Of a stretch of 64,000 nt of DNA, positions 49,701-59,455 are shown one piece after another (positions within the stretch are counted from its first letter, which is position 1; each line of letters starts with the position of its first letter). The notes beneath the pieces are model-generated. The model saw nothing but the letters and a program-made list of their open reading frames with translations, did not search any database and had not been told where the DNA came from. Source of the stretch: Ascidiella aspersa (lineage: Eukaryota). The stretch lies in NCBI GenBank assembly GCA_963924565.1, contig OZ004611.1, positions 19,654,001 to 19,718,000 of the forward strand, in the 5' to 3' direction. A program made the translations under genes and the position numbers.

Positions 49701-52700
49701 TAGCAACGCTTGGTGGGAATGAGCGATTGCACATCAACATATAACATTACACAACACATGCGGACACGGTAAGCTCATGGATCGAACAGGCAATCTTTTG
49801 GAAAAAAACGAAAAGGCAGCCGGTCGAAAGGCGCTTCGACATCTCGAAAGCAAATAAACCTGGATAAATAACTAGTGCTGTCGACAGCAATTGCTTGACA
49901 AGCATCACAATCCGAAGAAATTTTGCGAAAACAAGGTTTTGACAAAAGGCTAATGCGGTTTCGGCAATGGCAACAAATTTGGCGCACAAGCCCCGATCCC
50001 AACTACACGTCGCATTTACCCCAAACAAAATTTTCTTTTTTTCATTATCTGTAAGTTTTCCATACTTAATATGGCGAAACGCATATTTAATAATATACTT
50101 TTAGGACCCTGCCAGTGGGATCGGGGTTATATAAATACACGACTAGGCAAAACTACGTTTCTCGGACGAATAGTTTTCAGTAAATAGGTATGACGTAATT
50201 TATTACTTGAATTCGTTAATTATTGCTGATGGTAATAAGGTGAAAATATTTTTGATATTCGCGAATCACATTCCTTAGGATAAGTTTTTATTTTAAATAA
50301 TTAATAACGGCTTTTAATATTTTTCGTATATTGGAAAATCATTTAAATCAAAAAAACTAGTAAAATTTGTATACGTAGTCCGATCACCCATTTAAACCTG
50401 ATCAAATTTCTAAACCTTATAGTAAAAAAACAGAAATATTTAGAATTGCCCAAACGCATTAAATTAGGCTATCCGAAAATAGATAATTAATTCAAATGAC
50501 AAAAACTAACCAACGGCGTGTAACTTAAACGCGCACAACAGTATTTGAGTGGCATAAAAAATATCCCGATCTCAATGGCAATAACAAACGCGAGCGGAAT
50601 ATGACGATGTTCGCGCGTTAGCCGTAAACATCAGGCCGTCAAAGGCCCTTGTCCTCGCCTGTGAAACGTAAACACGGCAGCATATTGACGAACCTTTTGC
50701 CGCGGAATGAAATCTATCCCCTGGTTTGTCGCATAAACCCATTATAAAGTGTGAAACGGTTTCCCGGCGGCTGCCTGGGCACGACAAAGGCCTTGGTGTC
50801 GAATAACCGAGCGACTCTTTCTATCGCAAGACTGCCATCTTTGACGGCCTTTCTAAGGTCGGCTGGCACTTTTTTATCCGTCATAATTTTACCACCAGCT
50901 TTAGATTGGGAGCAGTAGTCCCGATTTTTTTATAGCCTGTGACAAAGTGAAGAAAATATTGGCGGCACAATTTCTGCAAAACAATAATTTTAGAACGTGA
51001 CAGTCGCCCTTATATTGCGCAGCCAAAATCTCGCATGCCTGTATTCGATGAAAGGTGGATTATTTTTTTAAATTACAAAAACGTGACAAAAAATAAAAGG
51101 CCAGCTGTTGTAAAGCAACCCGTGTTTTATATCTGGCCCATTGGTGAAAAAAGCAAGGTCTAGTAGTTCGCAAACTGGCCAATAGGTTCAATACTTTTAA
51201 ACTATACCGTTACAGCAAAGCAAGCCACTTATTTTGGCAACATGGAATCAAAGAAGTTTAAATAAGAGCAAGATGGAGGTGGCGATAGAGATGACAAGTT
51301 CCCCTTTTCAACGACAGCTTTAACAGCGGTGTTTACGTTAGATGCAGTTTCTTGATACGGGCCAACGTTTTACCCCAGCATCGCGACACTTTGTAATCTT
51401 AAAACCGATTTCAGTGAAAATATTTTCGGTAACTTGACATCACATGTTTACTCTGTTATCGTGGTAAATATTTCCTTTTTAAGGTAGCGCATTCAAGTCA
51501 AATATTTCACGTCAAATAATTCCTAGCGCCTTAATACACACTCTTTTTGATAAAACTTGATTTTGTTAGTCTTTAAGTAAAATTCATATCACTTAATCGA
51601 ACCCTTTGGTGATAACCACAGTTTACCCCTAAACCTTAAAAATCGACATAAATGCGAAGTCGTGGATTTTAGTAAGAAAGACAAAAGGTCTAATATAGCT
51701 TTCATAACCGTAAACCAAACGCAGCTCAAGACACGGGTGTCTGCCCTGGGGTAGTAAAAGGGAAAAATGGCCAACTCCGTTAAACGAAAATACACAACCA
51801 AATACACTTAAAGCAAACAGAAAATGGCAAACCGCCATGAAAGCAAAAACACATCGCATTAAATCCACATTGGTCAAATCTGAAGGGCACACGTGTTTCG
51901 GCGTGCATTGTAACGAACTGGCTGTTGTTTCAGTTGACTACACAACGCGACAATGTGTACTCTGAGATGAGATCATCGGTCGTGCAAGTCAAAAAACAGA
52001 ATCAAGAGCAACCACAGCAACAACACGTGGCGAGGGCGCTTGCATTCGCTCAGGGTAATCGGGCTGCGTTAAAACAACAAACATATGTGACGAGCCCTCA
52101 CCTGCGCTCCAGTACGATGCATGATGTGCTTCACGTTGGACGCGTTGCGACCGAGCATGTAGGAATGCTGCTGCGGCGCCACCTCCATCTGCGACACCAC
52201 CTGAACCTGAAAATCGGGGGTTGGAGGGATTAGAGTGAGTTTCGTGAACAGTTTTCAGAAGTGTTGGTGTGATTTTTTAACTGAAAAACCATTTCAGCAT
52301 AATCTTGCCCACATTCGAGTTGTTTTTAACCAATTTAACGGTTTATAACAGAGTCAAATCCCAGTCCCAGCCATTGACATAAAAAATTAACTATTAAGTT
52401 ATATAGGTAAAATGTATTTAAGTGATATAACGCTTAGTATGTGTTTCTACAACAGAATCTTGCCCTCCAACAAAACACATAATGCCGACGATATAATTTC
52501 TAAAATTTTATAATAGCTCAAGAAGCACACCGCTTTGAACAAAAATCAGTCAACAAGGTTTAAAAATTTTAATGCAAATATGCATTTCGCCATATAAAGA
52601 AATGGCGTCATTACTTTATCTAAATTCGAAAGAATTTCTTCTTTTTGAAATGCGACAGGTGAATTTCCAGGTCAGAGACGAGATAGATCTCTTAGACTTG

Positions 52701-55700
52701 TTGCGCAATTCTATCCGCAATCGTACTGCTGTCCAATATTAGTGATTTAAGTTTGTGCCACAACAAAAAATAAGCAACTTACCACGGCTCCGCCGGTCAG
52801 ATGCTGCATCAACTTGATAGTACCCTCCTAAAATGGAACACGAAGATAAAAATTGCATGAAACATATAAATAAAAATGAAAAATAAACCTTAACTTTATA
52901 AAGTATATGATCACCATTTATATCTACTGATTTTAAAGAGCTTACAAAGGTTAAGTGAGAAGAGACAGGATTTTAACTGTCGCAAAAACGAAAAAGACAA
53001 ATAAAAAGACCTTGAGAGAAATCCGAAAAGTAAGATAAAAGGCTATAAACTCGTGTTTCTCAACATTTCACGGGCCCTTCCAAAGGCTTTAAATAGTCGT
53101 GAATCACCTGATATTGAACGCAAGTGCCTAGGTTTGTTTCTATAGTCGAACGAAAGATAGTAAATGTAAAGAACGGCAAAGCTGCCAAGTACTTTGCTCG
53201 TGATCCCATAAAATCTGTGGGACCCAAGGAAGGGGGTGAGAGCCCCGATTGAGAAACCCTAAACTAGACAAAAAAGCCAAAAAAGGAACAAAGACTAACC
53301 ACGAGGCCAGAGACGTTGTCGTTTGAACCGCGAACTGTGCAGGTTGTCGTGCAGTAGACCTTAGCTCTCTGCTTGAACTGGACGCTGACGTTGTAGAGCT
53401 GCACCAGGTGCTGGATGGGTGACGAGTTGGGGTCGGGGACGGCCCCCGACATGGCAAGGTCAAAGGTCACGACGATGGGTAGAAGCTCCTGAACGATAAA
53501 GTGGTATAAAATTATAGGAATGTTACCAACGTTATAGGTTATGTAGAATTTACGAAATCGCTTGAATGACTGATACCGTTGGGGTAGATGTGTTCTGCGT
53601 CATCACTACATAAGGATTGCTTCATATCACTTACAACTCTATTATATAAAGATTCGGTGGTAGGGTTAATTGTGTAGTAAATTCGTGTCGTTATAGTATC
53701 ACCAATAAATCAATCGCATTAAAATTACCTTGAAATCGCTTAAAAATGCGTGTAATGTTGTGTTTAACGGAAACCTACAGGGACTAGAAACATTTGCATC
53801 GCTGTAAGAATTGCTTGAAACAGTTGTCATAGCTTGTTCGGTTGCAATTTACTTGGGATTGCTAACAAAAGTTGTTTTAAGAAGGCCAACGTCTTGGGGC
53901 CCAAAACGACCTACTTTGACGTAAAATACAAAATGTTGAGAGCCACAGCACTTACCCTGATCTTGGCTCGGGCGCTTTCGACTCCTGACGGCTGACCAGC
54001 GATAGATACCTGCAAAAAAATAAAAACTAAGCGGTACGTTCCGAAAGATCAGCACAGGCTGATTTTTTAGTACGAAATTTCCCCCCAAAAAACATTTTTA
54101 AATGTGAAGCCTTTAATGTCAGTGTTGAAATGTATTTTATGACTCGACATAGAAATCCAAAAGTTTTTTTTTATGACTCACTGAACAAAACAGGACAGAC
54201 ATATATTGCTTTTAAAATCAAAAACGTCGCTCCGGAACCCATTCGGTTAAAGCAGATATCCTCAACCGGGAAGAATTCCCACCTTAGGGAATTTTCAAGT
54301 TGCAAAGGGGAAAAATTATATTTTCACCATAAATCACATTTTAGTTGGGGGTCAAATATATTGATGTATCGCGTAAAGTCAACTTCAAAATCTAAACAAT
54401 GTAGGTAGTTTTTTTTCAACGAGATAAAACTGCGTCCTCTCTGTTACTTACTACGACTGCATAATTGTTTTCATCACAATATCATTCAGCAAAGTAGCTA
54501 ATAATTTTTTAATAATATAGCGGCTAAAATATTGCGATTTTTAGGAAGTTATGTACGTATTTTACAGGTTCTATTTTCTTAAGAGGGCAATTGAGTTTTG
54601 AATGCGGTTTAAGGGATACGCGAATTAAAAAAGGTCGAAAGGGTTGAAGAGTAACGTTAAAAGATTTTGTATAAAGCTTTATCCAACAGATGTTTTTACC
54701 AACCGTCGACTGACTTTTACTTAAATAAATCTAATTTTGACTGCAATAATGTCGCCTTAAGTTTTGCTGATAACAAGACACTCTCGCCAGCGCCGCGGGC
54801 TTATCAGACATTAAATCACGCTCGGGATTGTAAGCAAATGATGCCTTGGCTGTTACGGGCGAGACGCCTCTGTTTTTAAACTAAGACAAAATGGGACACG
54901 AGTTCATTAAATGTGTCGCCTGTGTCGAAAACAAGCCAGCCTGAAGCCTTCGGCGAATTTGCGCACATCTTGGTTACGACAGTTTAATCGGTCGCCCTCG
55001 ATATATTTAAGCGGGAATTGAGTGCCGCTATGTCAGGGGTTCTTAAAGTGGGGTCCGTGAACCCCTTGGGGGTACGTGGACTGCTTTTGTGAGGTCCATG
55101 AAAGTCTAATTAAAATCTTGTGTATATAGTTTTAAATATAAATTAAAAGTTTAATTGAAGAAAAAACGCTTTGGAGCCTTATTAAATGTGTTAGGACTCT
55201 GTTTCACATTGTTGGACCATACACAGCATGTTTCCTTAAGACTTCTTGTTTTATGGCGCCAATTTATGACGTCATGTCTAGAATTTCCATGCCGACCGTG
55301 GTCCACGCAAAGCCAAAGTAATTTTTAGGGGGCCTAACTTATTCCACACCACGAATAAACATTTCAAAAAACCTGATTGCTTTTTTCTGCCGTGCCGTTG
55401 CGATTCGAATCGGGAAAGTGAATGTGGCATCCGGTGTCCTCCATTACGCGCTTTATGTTGTTTCCACCTTGACAAAATATAAACGGAAGTTTACCACATT
55501 GATGTTTACAATAAGTTTCACCTGTTTTCTTTAAATTGTGACATGAACTAATAATGCAGAGCGTATGTTTATAAATTTGACGCTTAGTATTGTTACTCAT
55601 TCTGGTAAAGAAAAAAATATCAACTGTTTTTTTCGAAAATTAGAATAAGACATTTTCGATATTATTATTTGTCAGTAACATGCCTAATTAGGCTTAAGAG

Positions 55701-56498
55701 TAACGAAACCAAGATGTGACAAGTGTGCAATGTCAGGTACAGCGCTTTAGCGGAAGAGAATAACTTTTTTAAACCGTCAAGGCTGATCTAAATAGCCTAG
55801 TTCTGTTTACAGCTATTATAAACGTTTTGGAATGGTAGCACTGACTATAAGATAGCGAAAGTAATTAGTGAACGACAATTTACGAGAAGAGGCAAAAATT
55901 AGTATTAATTCGTCCAAATCATGATAATCATTGACCAAAGTGTAATTCCAGACCACATGATTAATCCCAAATAACGTAAAATACTAAGTTTAAAGAAATA
56001 TCAGGGGAGAATGCTAATTATGCCCGATGCTTGGTATCATGATACAATACGCAATTAGATAAAAAAATATTTGGTCATACAATTATCACAAAAAACTTTT
56101 TTTTTTCGATGAATACAAACAATTCTTGCTATAGATTATCAAAAATAGTTAATGTTAGTCTTTTAGACAAAGTAACGGATCTTTGGATTCCCGAAGCGTA
56201 GTTTATCCGATACGTAATGAGAACGAAAAGAGTTTGCTATTTTATCTACAAAAAAGTAACATGTCTTTAGATAAAAACTATATATATATTTTTTGATTTA
56301 TTTAATACTTTTACCAGAATTTTTCGAAGAAAATGTAAATCTGTGTCCGCCTACCTTTGCCGATTACGTGCGAGTGCTCGGTGTGCGAAACGTCCATTTT
56401 AAGGGTGACCCGGGTGCATTTGGTGTCCAGGACCATCATGGTCAGTTCCTTGGCCCTGGCCACGTCCGCAGGCAAGCCTCGTACTTTGATGTGCGGAT
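31474..56498 (-). CDS. BICC1: Protein bicaudal C homolog (KH-domain RNA-binding protein with C-terminal SAM), 5'-partial; 22 coding exons in the window, about 1070 aa
   Basis: The spliced translation contains DPHIKV..RVTLKMDVSHTEHSHVIGKGGNNIK..GCHIHFPDSNR, GCLPLVLMFDMK, KSVIVKSVERN, EVRTPTDTWSG, SAM (LGKYSEVFAKQEVDLQTFLTL..ELGITVFGPRRKILLAI) and terminal SGRW*, all closely matching vertebrate BICC1. All 21 introns are GT-AG with consistent phases. The most 5' exon begins in phase 1, so earlier exons must lie further upstream. Confidence 0.96.
31919..32224. mobile_element. hAT-type MITE in the last BICC1 intron
   Basis: TIRs CAGTCGTTCGCAAACT / AGTTTGGGAATCATTG; 8-bp TSD ATATAACC/ATATAACA; subterminal GCGGCAC repeats. 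Confidence 0.75.
32285..32384 (-). CDS. BICC1: BICC1 exon (SAM domain)
   Basis: VDLQTFLTLTESDLTELGITVFGPRRKILLAIE. Confidence 0.96.
32616..32719 (-). mobile_element. Family A retroelement fragment, 5'-truncated
   Basis: Near-identical to the 4017 and 40093 copies; perfect 14-bp TSD ATAAACAACACCAA at 32602-32615 and 32720-32733. Confidence 0.8.
33110..33440. repeat. Degenerate ~150-bp AT-rich tandem repeat
   Basis: AAGTTT.GAATTGGCAATT and TTTTACAT.TTTGTCAAAT recur. Confidence 0.6.
33470..33723 (-). CDS. BICC1: BICC1 exon (start of SAM domain)
   Basis: FDPYEYINRS...DLHDLLKHLNLGKYSEVFAKQE. Confidence 0.92.
34396..34615 (-). CDS. BICC1: BICC1 exon
   Basis: REDSGSFEEGEGPDAV...SWRERQN...PKRRQHST. 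Confidence 0.88.
34692..35036 (+). mobile_element. Penelope-like pLTR fragment with degenerate hammerhead motif (34924-34967)
   Basis: Flanked by 13-bp direct repeat ATTGACAG(T/A)GAAT (34679-34691, 35037-35049); contains AACC-CTGATAA-GGTCAGC..GCTGCC-GAAACGTC-GGTT. Confidence 0.55.
35636..35824 (-). CDS. BICC1: BICC1 exon (conserved BicC box)
   Basis: DYENWRQKAYQAMRHQPVATEVRTPTDTWSGLYFSHSMP...TTYE. Confidence 0.95.
35885..36320. repeat. Tandem repeat, about 2.5 copies of a ~172-bp unit
   Basis: Recurring GGTTT(C/T)G(C/G)GTTGGCCAA..TAG.GGTG.TCG at about 35898, 36071 and 36234. Confidence 0.75.
36800..36917 (-). CDS. BICC1: BICC1 exon (linker)
   Basis: GATETPSESELRELTEYFGDSTRAPPPGFENFPKSAHSPL; phase 2 to 0. 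Confidence 0.85.
37406..37580 (-). CDS. BICC1: BICC1 exon (linker)
   Basis: STKVISMHKSPSSSASSIELQAALRHLQ...RKNHYH; phase 1 to 2. Confidence 0.85.
37636..37822. repeat. ~95-bp tandem duplication
   Basis: ATTTGTCCCAT..AAACTACATGTCTTC..GAGAGTA..AAAAGAAAAA..TTACGTG twice. Confidence 0.65.
38258..38356 (-). CDS. BICC1: BICC1 exon (linker)
   Basis: RIPKNTPPGSDRNSPMSVLSERIGDVRVPSPDG; phase 1-1. Confidence 0.8.
39367..39451 (-). CDS. BICC1: BICC1 exon (linker)
   Basis: SQAQRHSLPDGMDIVNKVFLQVSSASRN; phase 0 to 1. Confidence 0.8.
40093..40210 (-). mobile_element. Family A retroelement fragment with hammerhead-like core and inverted 3' tail
   Basis: 12-bp TSD TATACGATAACT at 40081-40092 and 40211-40222; hammerhead-like motif at 40129-40174 (-). 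Confidence 0.8.
40973..41101 (-). CDS. BICC1: BICC1 exon (linker)
   Basis: VRRNGGNLSANSSFNKGNSDKVLPHRHSMGQ...AAA; AAG acceptor, GTAAGT donor. Confidence 0.8.
41748..41942 (-). CDS. BICC1: BICC1 exon (polyQ linker)
   Basis: VAKQFIQKNNMVRQ12LQDRD...QRHLME; phase 0-0. Confidence 0.85.
42810..42977 (-). CDS. BICC1: BICC1 exon (Ala/Gln-rich linker)
   Basis: ATVAAIHAQQQQHLLLAQINAQAAAAS...DPSPLQ; phase 0-0. Confidence 0.85.
44855..44985 (-). CDS. BICC1: BICC1 exon (Pro/Ser-rich linker)
   Basis: SYIPPNGVTVVPRPATPTG...PSPFPLSQQ; phase 1 to 0. Confidence 0.85.
45211..45403 (-). CDS. BICC1: BICC1 exon
   Basis: SVIVKSVERNIYNMFEARRQLLKLNSTG followed by a Pro-rich stretch; donor A|GTAAGT. Confidence 0.92.
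46950..47093 (-). CDS. BICC1: BICC1 exon (KH-like)
   Basis: GCLPLVLMFDMKQ...QLMESLDVFISIKLKPKQPSK. Confidence 0.95.
47535..47630 (-). CDS. BICC1: BICC1 exon (KH)
   Basis: IRFPDPNCVPKKSTIYVTGPIEAVVMARQRLM. Confidence 0.94.
49610..49668 (+). mobile_element. Degenerate family A fragment
   Basis: Shares ACTTCTGTATGGGCTTTGATATTCTTA with the other copies. Confidence 0.65.
52102..52206 (-). CDS. BICC1: BICC1 exon (KH)
   Basis: VQVVSQMEVAPQQHSYMLGRNASNVKHIMHRTGAQ. Confidence 0.93.
52783..52827 (-). CDS. BICC1: BICC1 exon
   Basis: EGTIKLMQHLTGGAV. Confidence 0.9.
53050..53261. mobile_element. Degenerate hAT-type MITE
   Basis: Ends GTGTTTCTCAAC / ATTGAGAAACCCT; no clear TSD. Confidence 0.5.
53300..53488 (-). 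CDS. BICC1: BICC1 exon (KH-like)
   Basis: ELLPIVVTFDL...PDPNSSPIQH...VRGSNDNVSGLV. Confidence 0.94.
53956..54009 (-). CDS. BICC1: BICC1 exon
   Basis: VSIAGQPSGVESARAKIR. Confidence 0.93.
55034..55334. mobile_element. hAT-type MITE, one end degenerate
   Basis: Begins CAGGGGTTCTTAAAGTGGGGTCCGTGAACCCC; homologous to 15342-15627 in the opposite orientation. Confidence 0.65.
55373..55467 (-). CDS. BICC1: BICC1 exon (KH)
   Basis: GGNNIKRVMEDTGCHIHFPDSNRNGTAEKSNQ; AAG acceptor, weak GTTTTT donor. Confidence 0.93.
56355..56498 (-). CDS. BICC1: BICC1 exon (KH region)
   Basis: (D)PHIKVRGLPADVARAKELTMMVLDTKCTRVTLKMDVSHTEHSHVIGK. Confidence 0.95.
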
Positions 56499-57991
56499 CT
56501 GCGAAAGAAAAAGTAAGGGGTAAATGAAGCAGGGAAAGTAAAACGACTGAGACTTTCGAAAATTCAACAGGGTCTGTGCGATAAGACGACAAATAACCAA
56601 GAACACGGCTGTTATATTTTTTTTTCAGATGGGAAATTTTAGTTTTCCCTATAAAGTCTCTGACATCGAACGTAACTTTTACGCCGCTTGTGAGTAAAAA
56701 AATTGTACAATAAACTGGAATTTTTTAATGTTCGGAATCCGAAGCTCTTGTTAGGAGATAGCATATAAAACATGGGTGCGTATAATAATGCGTTTCGGTT
56801 GGCTTCCAGGCACACGGCCCGTGAACCAAAAAGTACAAAATGAAGCACTTTTTAATAATCCACGCTATAACAACAAGCTGGTGTTGGGATGGAACATAAT
56901 CGAGTGTCAGCGCGTTATTGATTGATTTCAATTGAATCCTCGGCCCGGAAAACATAATATCTCAAAGGCACACGCGCACACCTACTCCGAATGCCACTGG
57001 GTAAACAATCTTTAAGGCGTTGTGACGTATGACCCATTGGCTGCTTATCGAGCGTAGTGGTGACGTAACAATACCTGCTGCCCTCTCGCCACCGACACGG
57101 GTGAAAATGAGATGAGATTGCATTGTTTATTTGGGCCGCTCGCAAAATATTTCGATAAACAATCGAAAGCAAAAGTCCAGGCTTTTCATTACGATAAACA
57201 GGGGTTCTAAAAAATAATCAATGCTGCTTGGGTATATACATTTCAAGGCTTTCTCAAAATTCAACCCTACGAAGGATTTAGATCAGAAGAATTCAATGGG
57301 CCTTTTGTAATTAAACAGAAATAGTTGAAAACTTGATTTGAAATGGTCGTAATGTATATCTTTAACTGGGTTTTAAGTAAAATTAGGCATGCTTGTGCCC
57401 CCTGGAGACTGCTCAGCGTCCCCTCTGGGAGGCGTGGGCCACGGTTTAGAAGCGCTGCGTTAGAATAACTGTGTAGTCCGTAATAAACTGACAAACAAAG
57501 GGTATCACCGACCACTAAAAGAAGCAGTAGTGTTTTCTCTCAAGTTTCAATCGAGCTTTTGTGGACGATTGCAATTCTTAACACGGAATAATCTAATCAA
57601 GAAGAAACTCCGACAATCGACGTCGCTGAGTTTTCGCTATTTGAAAAATCCTATTGGATTTTTGTTTTTATAGGTTGTTATAGTAACACAACGAAACCGG
57701 ACGAACGTGAAGTAAAATACGAGGCGGAAGGCAAGTTATAACGCCTCCGAATACACAGTGGTTTTAAAGGGTACCCCAAGGTAAATAAAAGCGATAATGA
57801 AAAACTTTTCACAGGAACCGCGCGCTTAGAGACCCCAGACTTCAAATAAAAATAATATACTGTCAAAGGGGACAATGGCAAGTCCTGGTTATTTATTATC
57901 AGCACTGGCGCTTTCCTGTGAAGGCGGGACAATAAACAGACCGACCCCCAGTCGCATTCACTGCACATGTACCATGTCCACGCCATCAATG

Positions 57992-58038
57992 GGCGCCATT
58001 GTGACGTAACGCTTCTCCGGTGACGTCACAATGGCGCC
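57992..58038. other. Near-perfect 19-bp inverted repeat containing CRE-like TGACGT(C/A)A motifs
   Basis: GGCGCCATTGTGACGTAAC-9nt-GTGACGTCACAATGGCGCC (1 mismatch). Confidence 0.7.
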
Positions 58039-58962
58039 TCGCGCTGTCAATCGGACGCGAGGGCACGAAACAATCGAAATCGGAAGGACCGATTTTCCTC
58101 GCATTGTGCGAAACCTAAACGACAAAATCGTTGAGCCCTTGCTTTGACGTAAGCTTGTGAACCAGCGAACTGCTTTGGAGGGGATTAACCTTCGGATTGA
58201 GATTTCTACAACCGACGACGCGACTTTATAAGGCGTTTTCTTTAACTGTTTTTACCCTATAAAAGAGAGTACACAAACACATCAGGCCGACTTCAAAAGA
58301 GTCCAATAGATAACTATATAAAAATCTGTAGATGGAGATAGATACCGGAAATCAATCAGAGCAAGTTAAAGACAAATTCTGAGGGGCGACCTAAGGATTT
58401 TGATGCTTTGACTTACTAATACAAGAATTAACCCTGAAAGTTGAGTTCAACCCATACCTTTTGATGCCCTTATATATTTTTTTACGGATTTATTTTAATT
58501 TGATGGACGTGTTATCGTTACAAAAGAAAAAAATAGTTTCTCAAAGAAAAAAATAGTTTCCAACTTAAAACAACCGACTAATTACAATAAAACCATGCAA
58601 GACCACTGAAATAAGTTGTATCCCGACAACGTTCTGGTGCCAGCAACTCTATACAAATAAAGAATAATGGTTGATGTTTCAATGGAATATCACAGGATCA
58701 AATGATATAGATTTATTGACAAACTCTCAACGAAAAAAATTAAGCAGGCAAAGAGCATTTTAGCAGATGTTTTTGAAAAGATAAAACCCTGACTGCCATC
58801 GTTCTATACAGCTGTACCGCAAAGCGTATAGTTTTGCAAAAACTGAAACTGTTTGATTAAACGCTAAACTGTTCGAGTATGCAGTTGTGTAAACCGATCT
58901 TCCAAATTCCCGAACATCAGGTGGAGGTGGAACGAATCGAGAAACACTGGATCCCATAGACT

Positions 58963-59455
58963 CAGGGTTTTCCAAACTGTGGTCCGCGACGACTGCACAG
59001 GTGGTCCATGGCGATATGACAAGAAATTAAAAAGTCACACATATACGTTGTACAGTACGTAACCTTTCAAAGATAATTGCTGCAGTTGTTCACAACATAA
59101 TGATTTCACAAGCTTTTGCTATCCAGTATCGTAAATTTTACTTGATGCGCCTTCGTTGTAGTCAAAAAGTTAACTACTAAAAATTCTTGTATTCCTCGTC
59201 TATGACGTGATAATATATGCTTATGGCCATTATAAAAAAACACAGGTCCAGACTTTCTGTGGACTCTGACCTACCAGTTTGCGTTTCACAAATAACACAA
59301 ATAACGAATTGATGATTTATGCAGAAAGAATCTATCGCATCCGTCCCATTGATGCTGTCAGTTTTTTTGTGTTATTTTTTGCTTTGTATTGCGGTCCGCG
59401 AAATATCAGATTCATAAATAGTGGTCCGTGGTCCAAAAATGTTTGGGAAACCCTG
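58963..59455. mobile_element. hAT-type MITE
   Basis: TIRs CAGGGTTTTCCAAAC / GTTTGGGAAACCCTG, subterminal GGTCCG repeats, TSD-like CCATAGAC/CCATTGAC. Confidence 0.75.
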
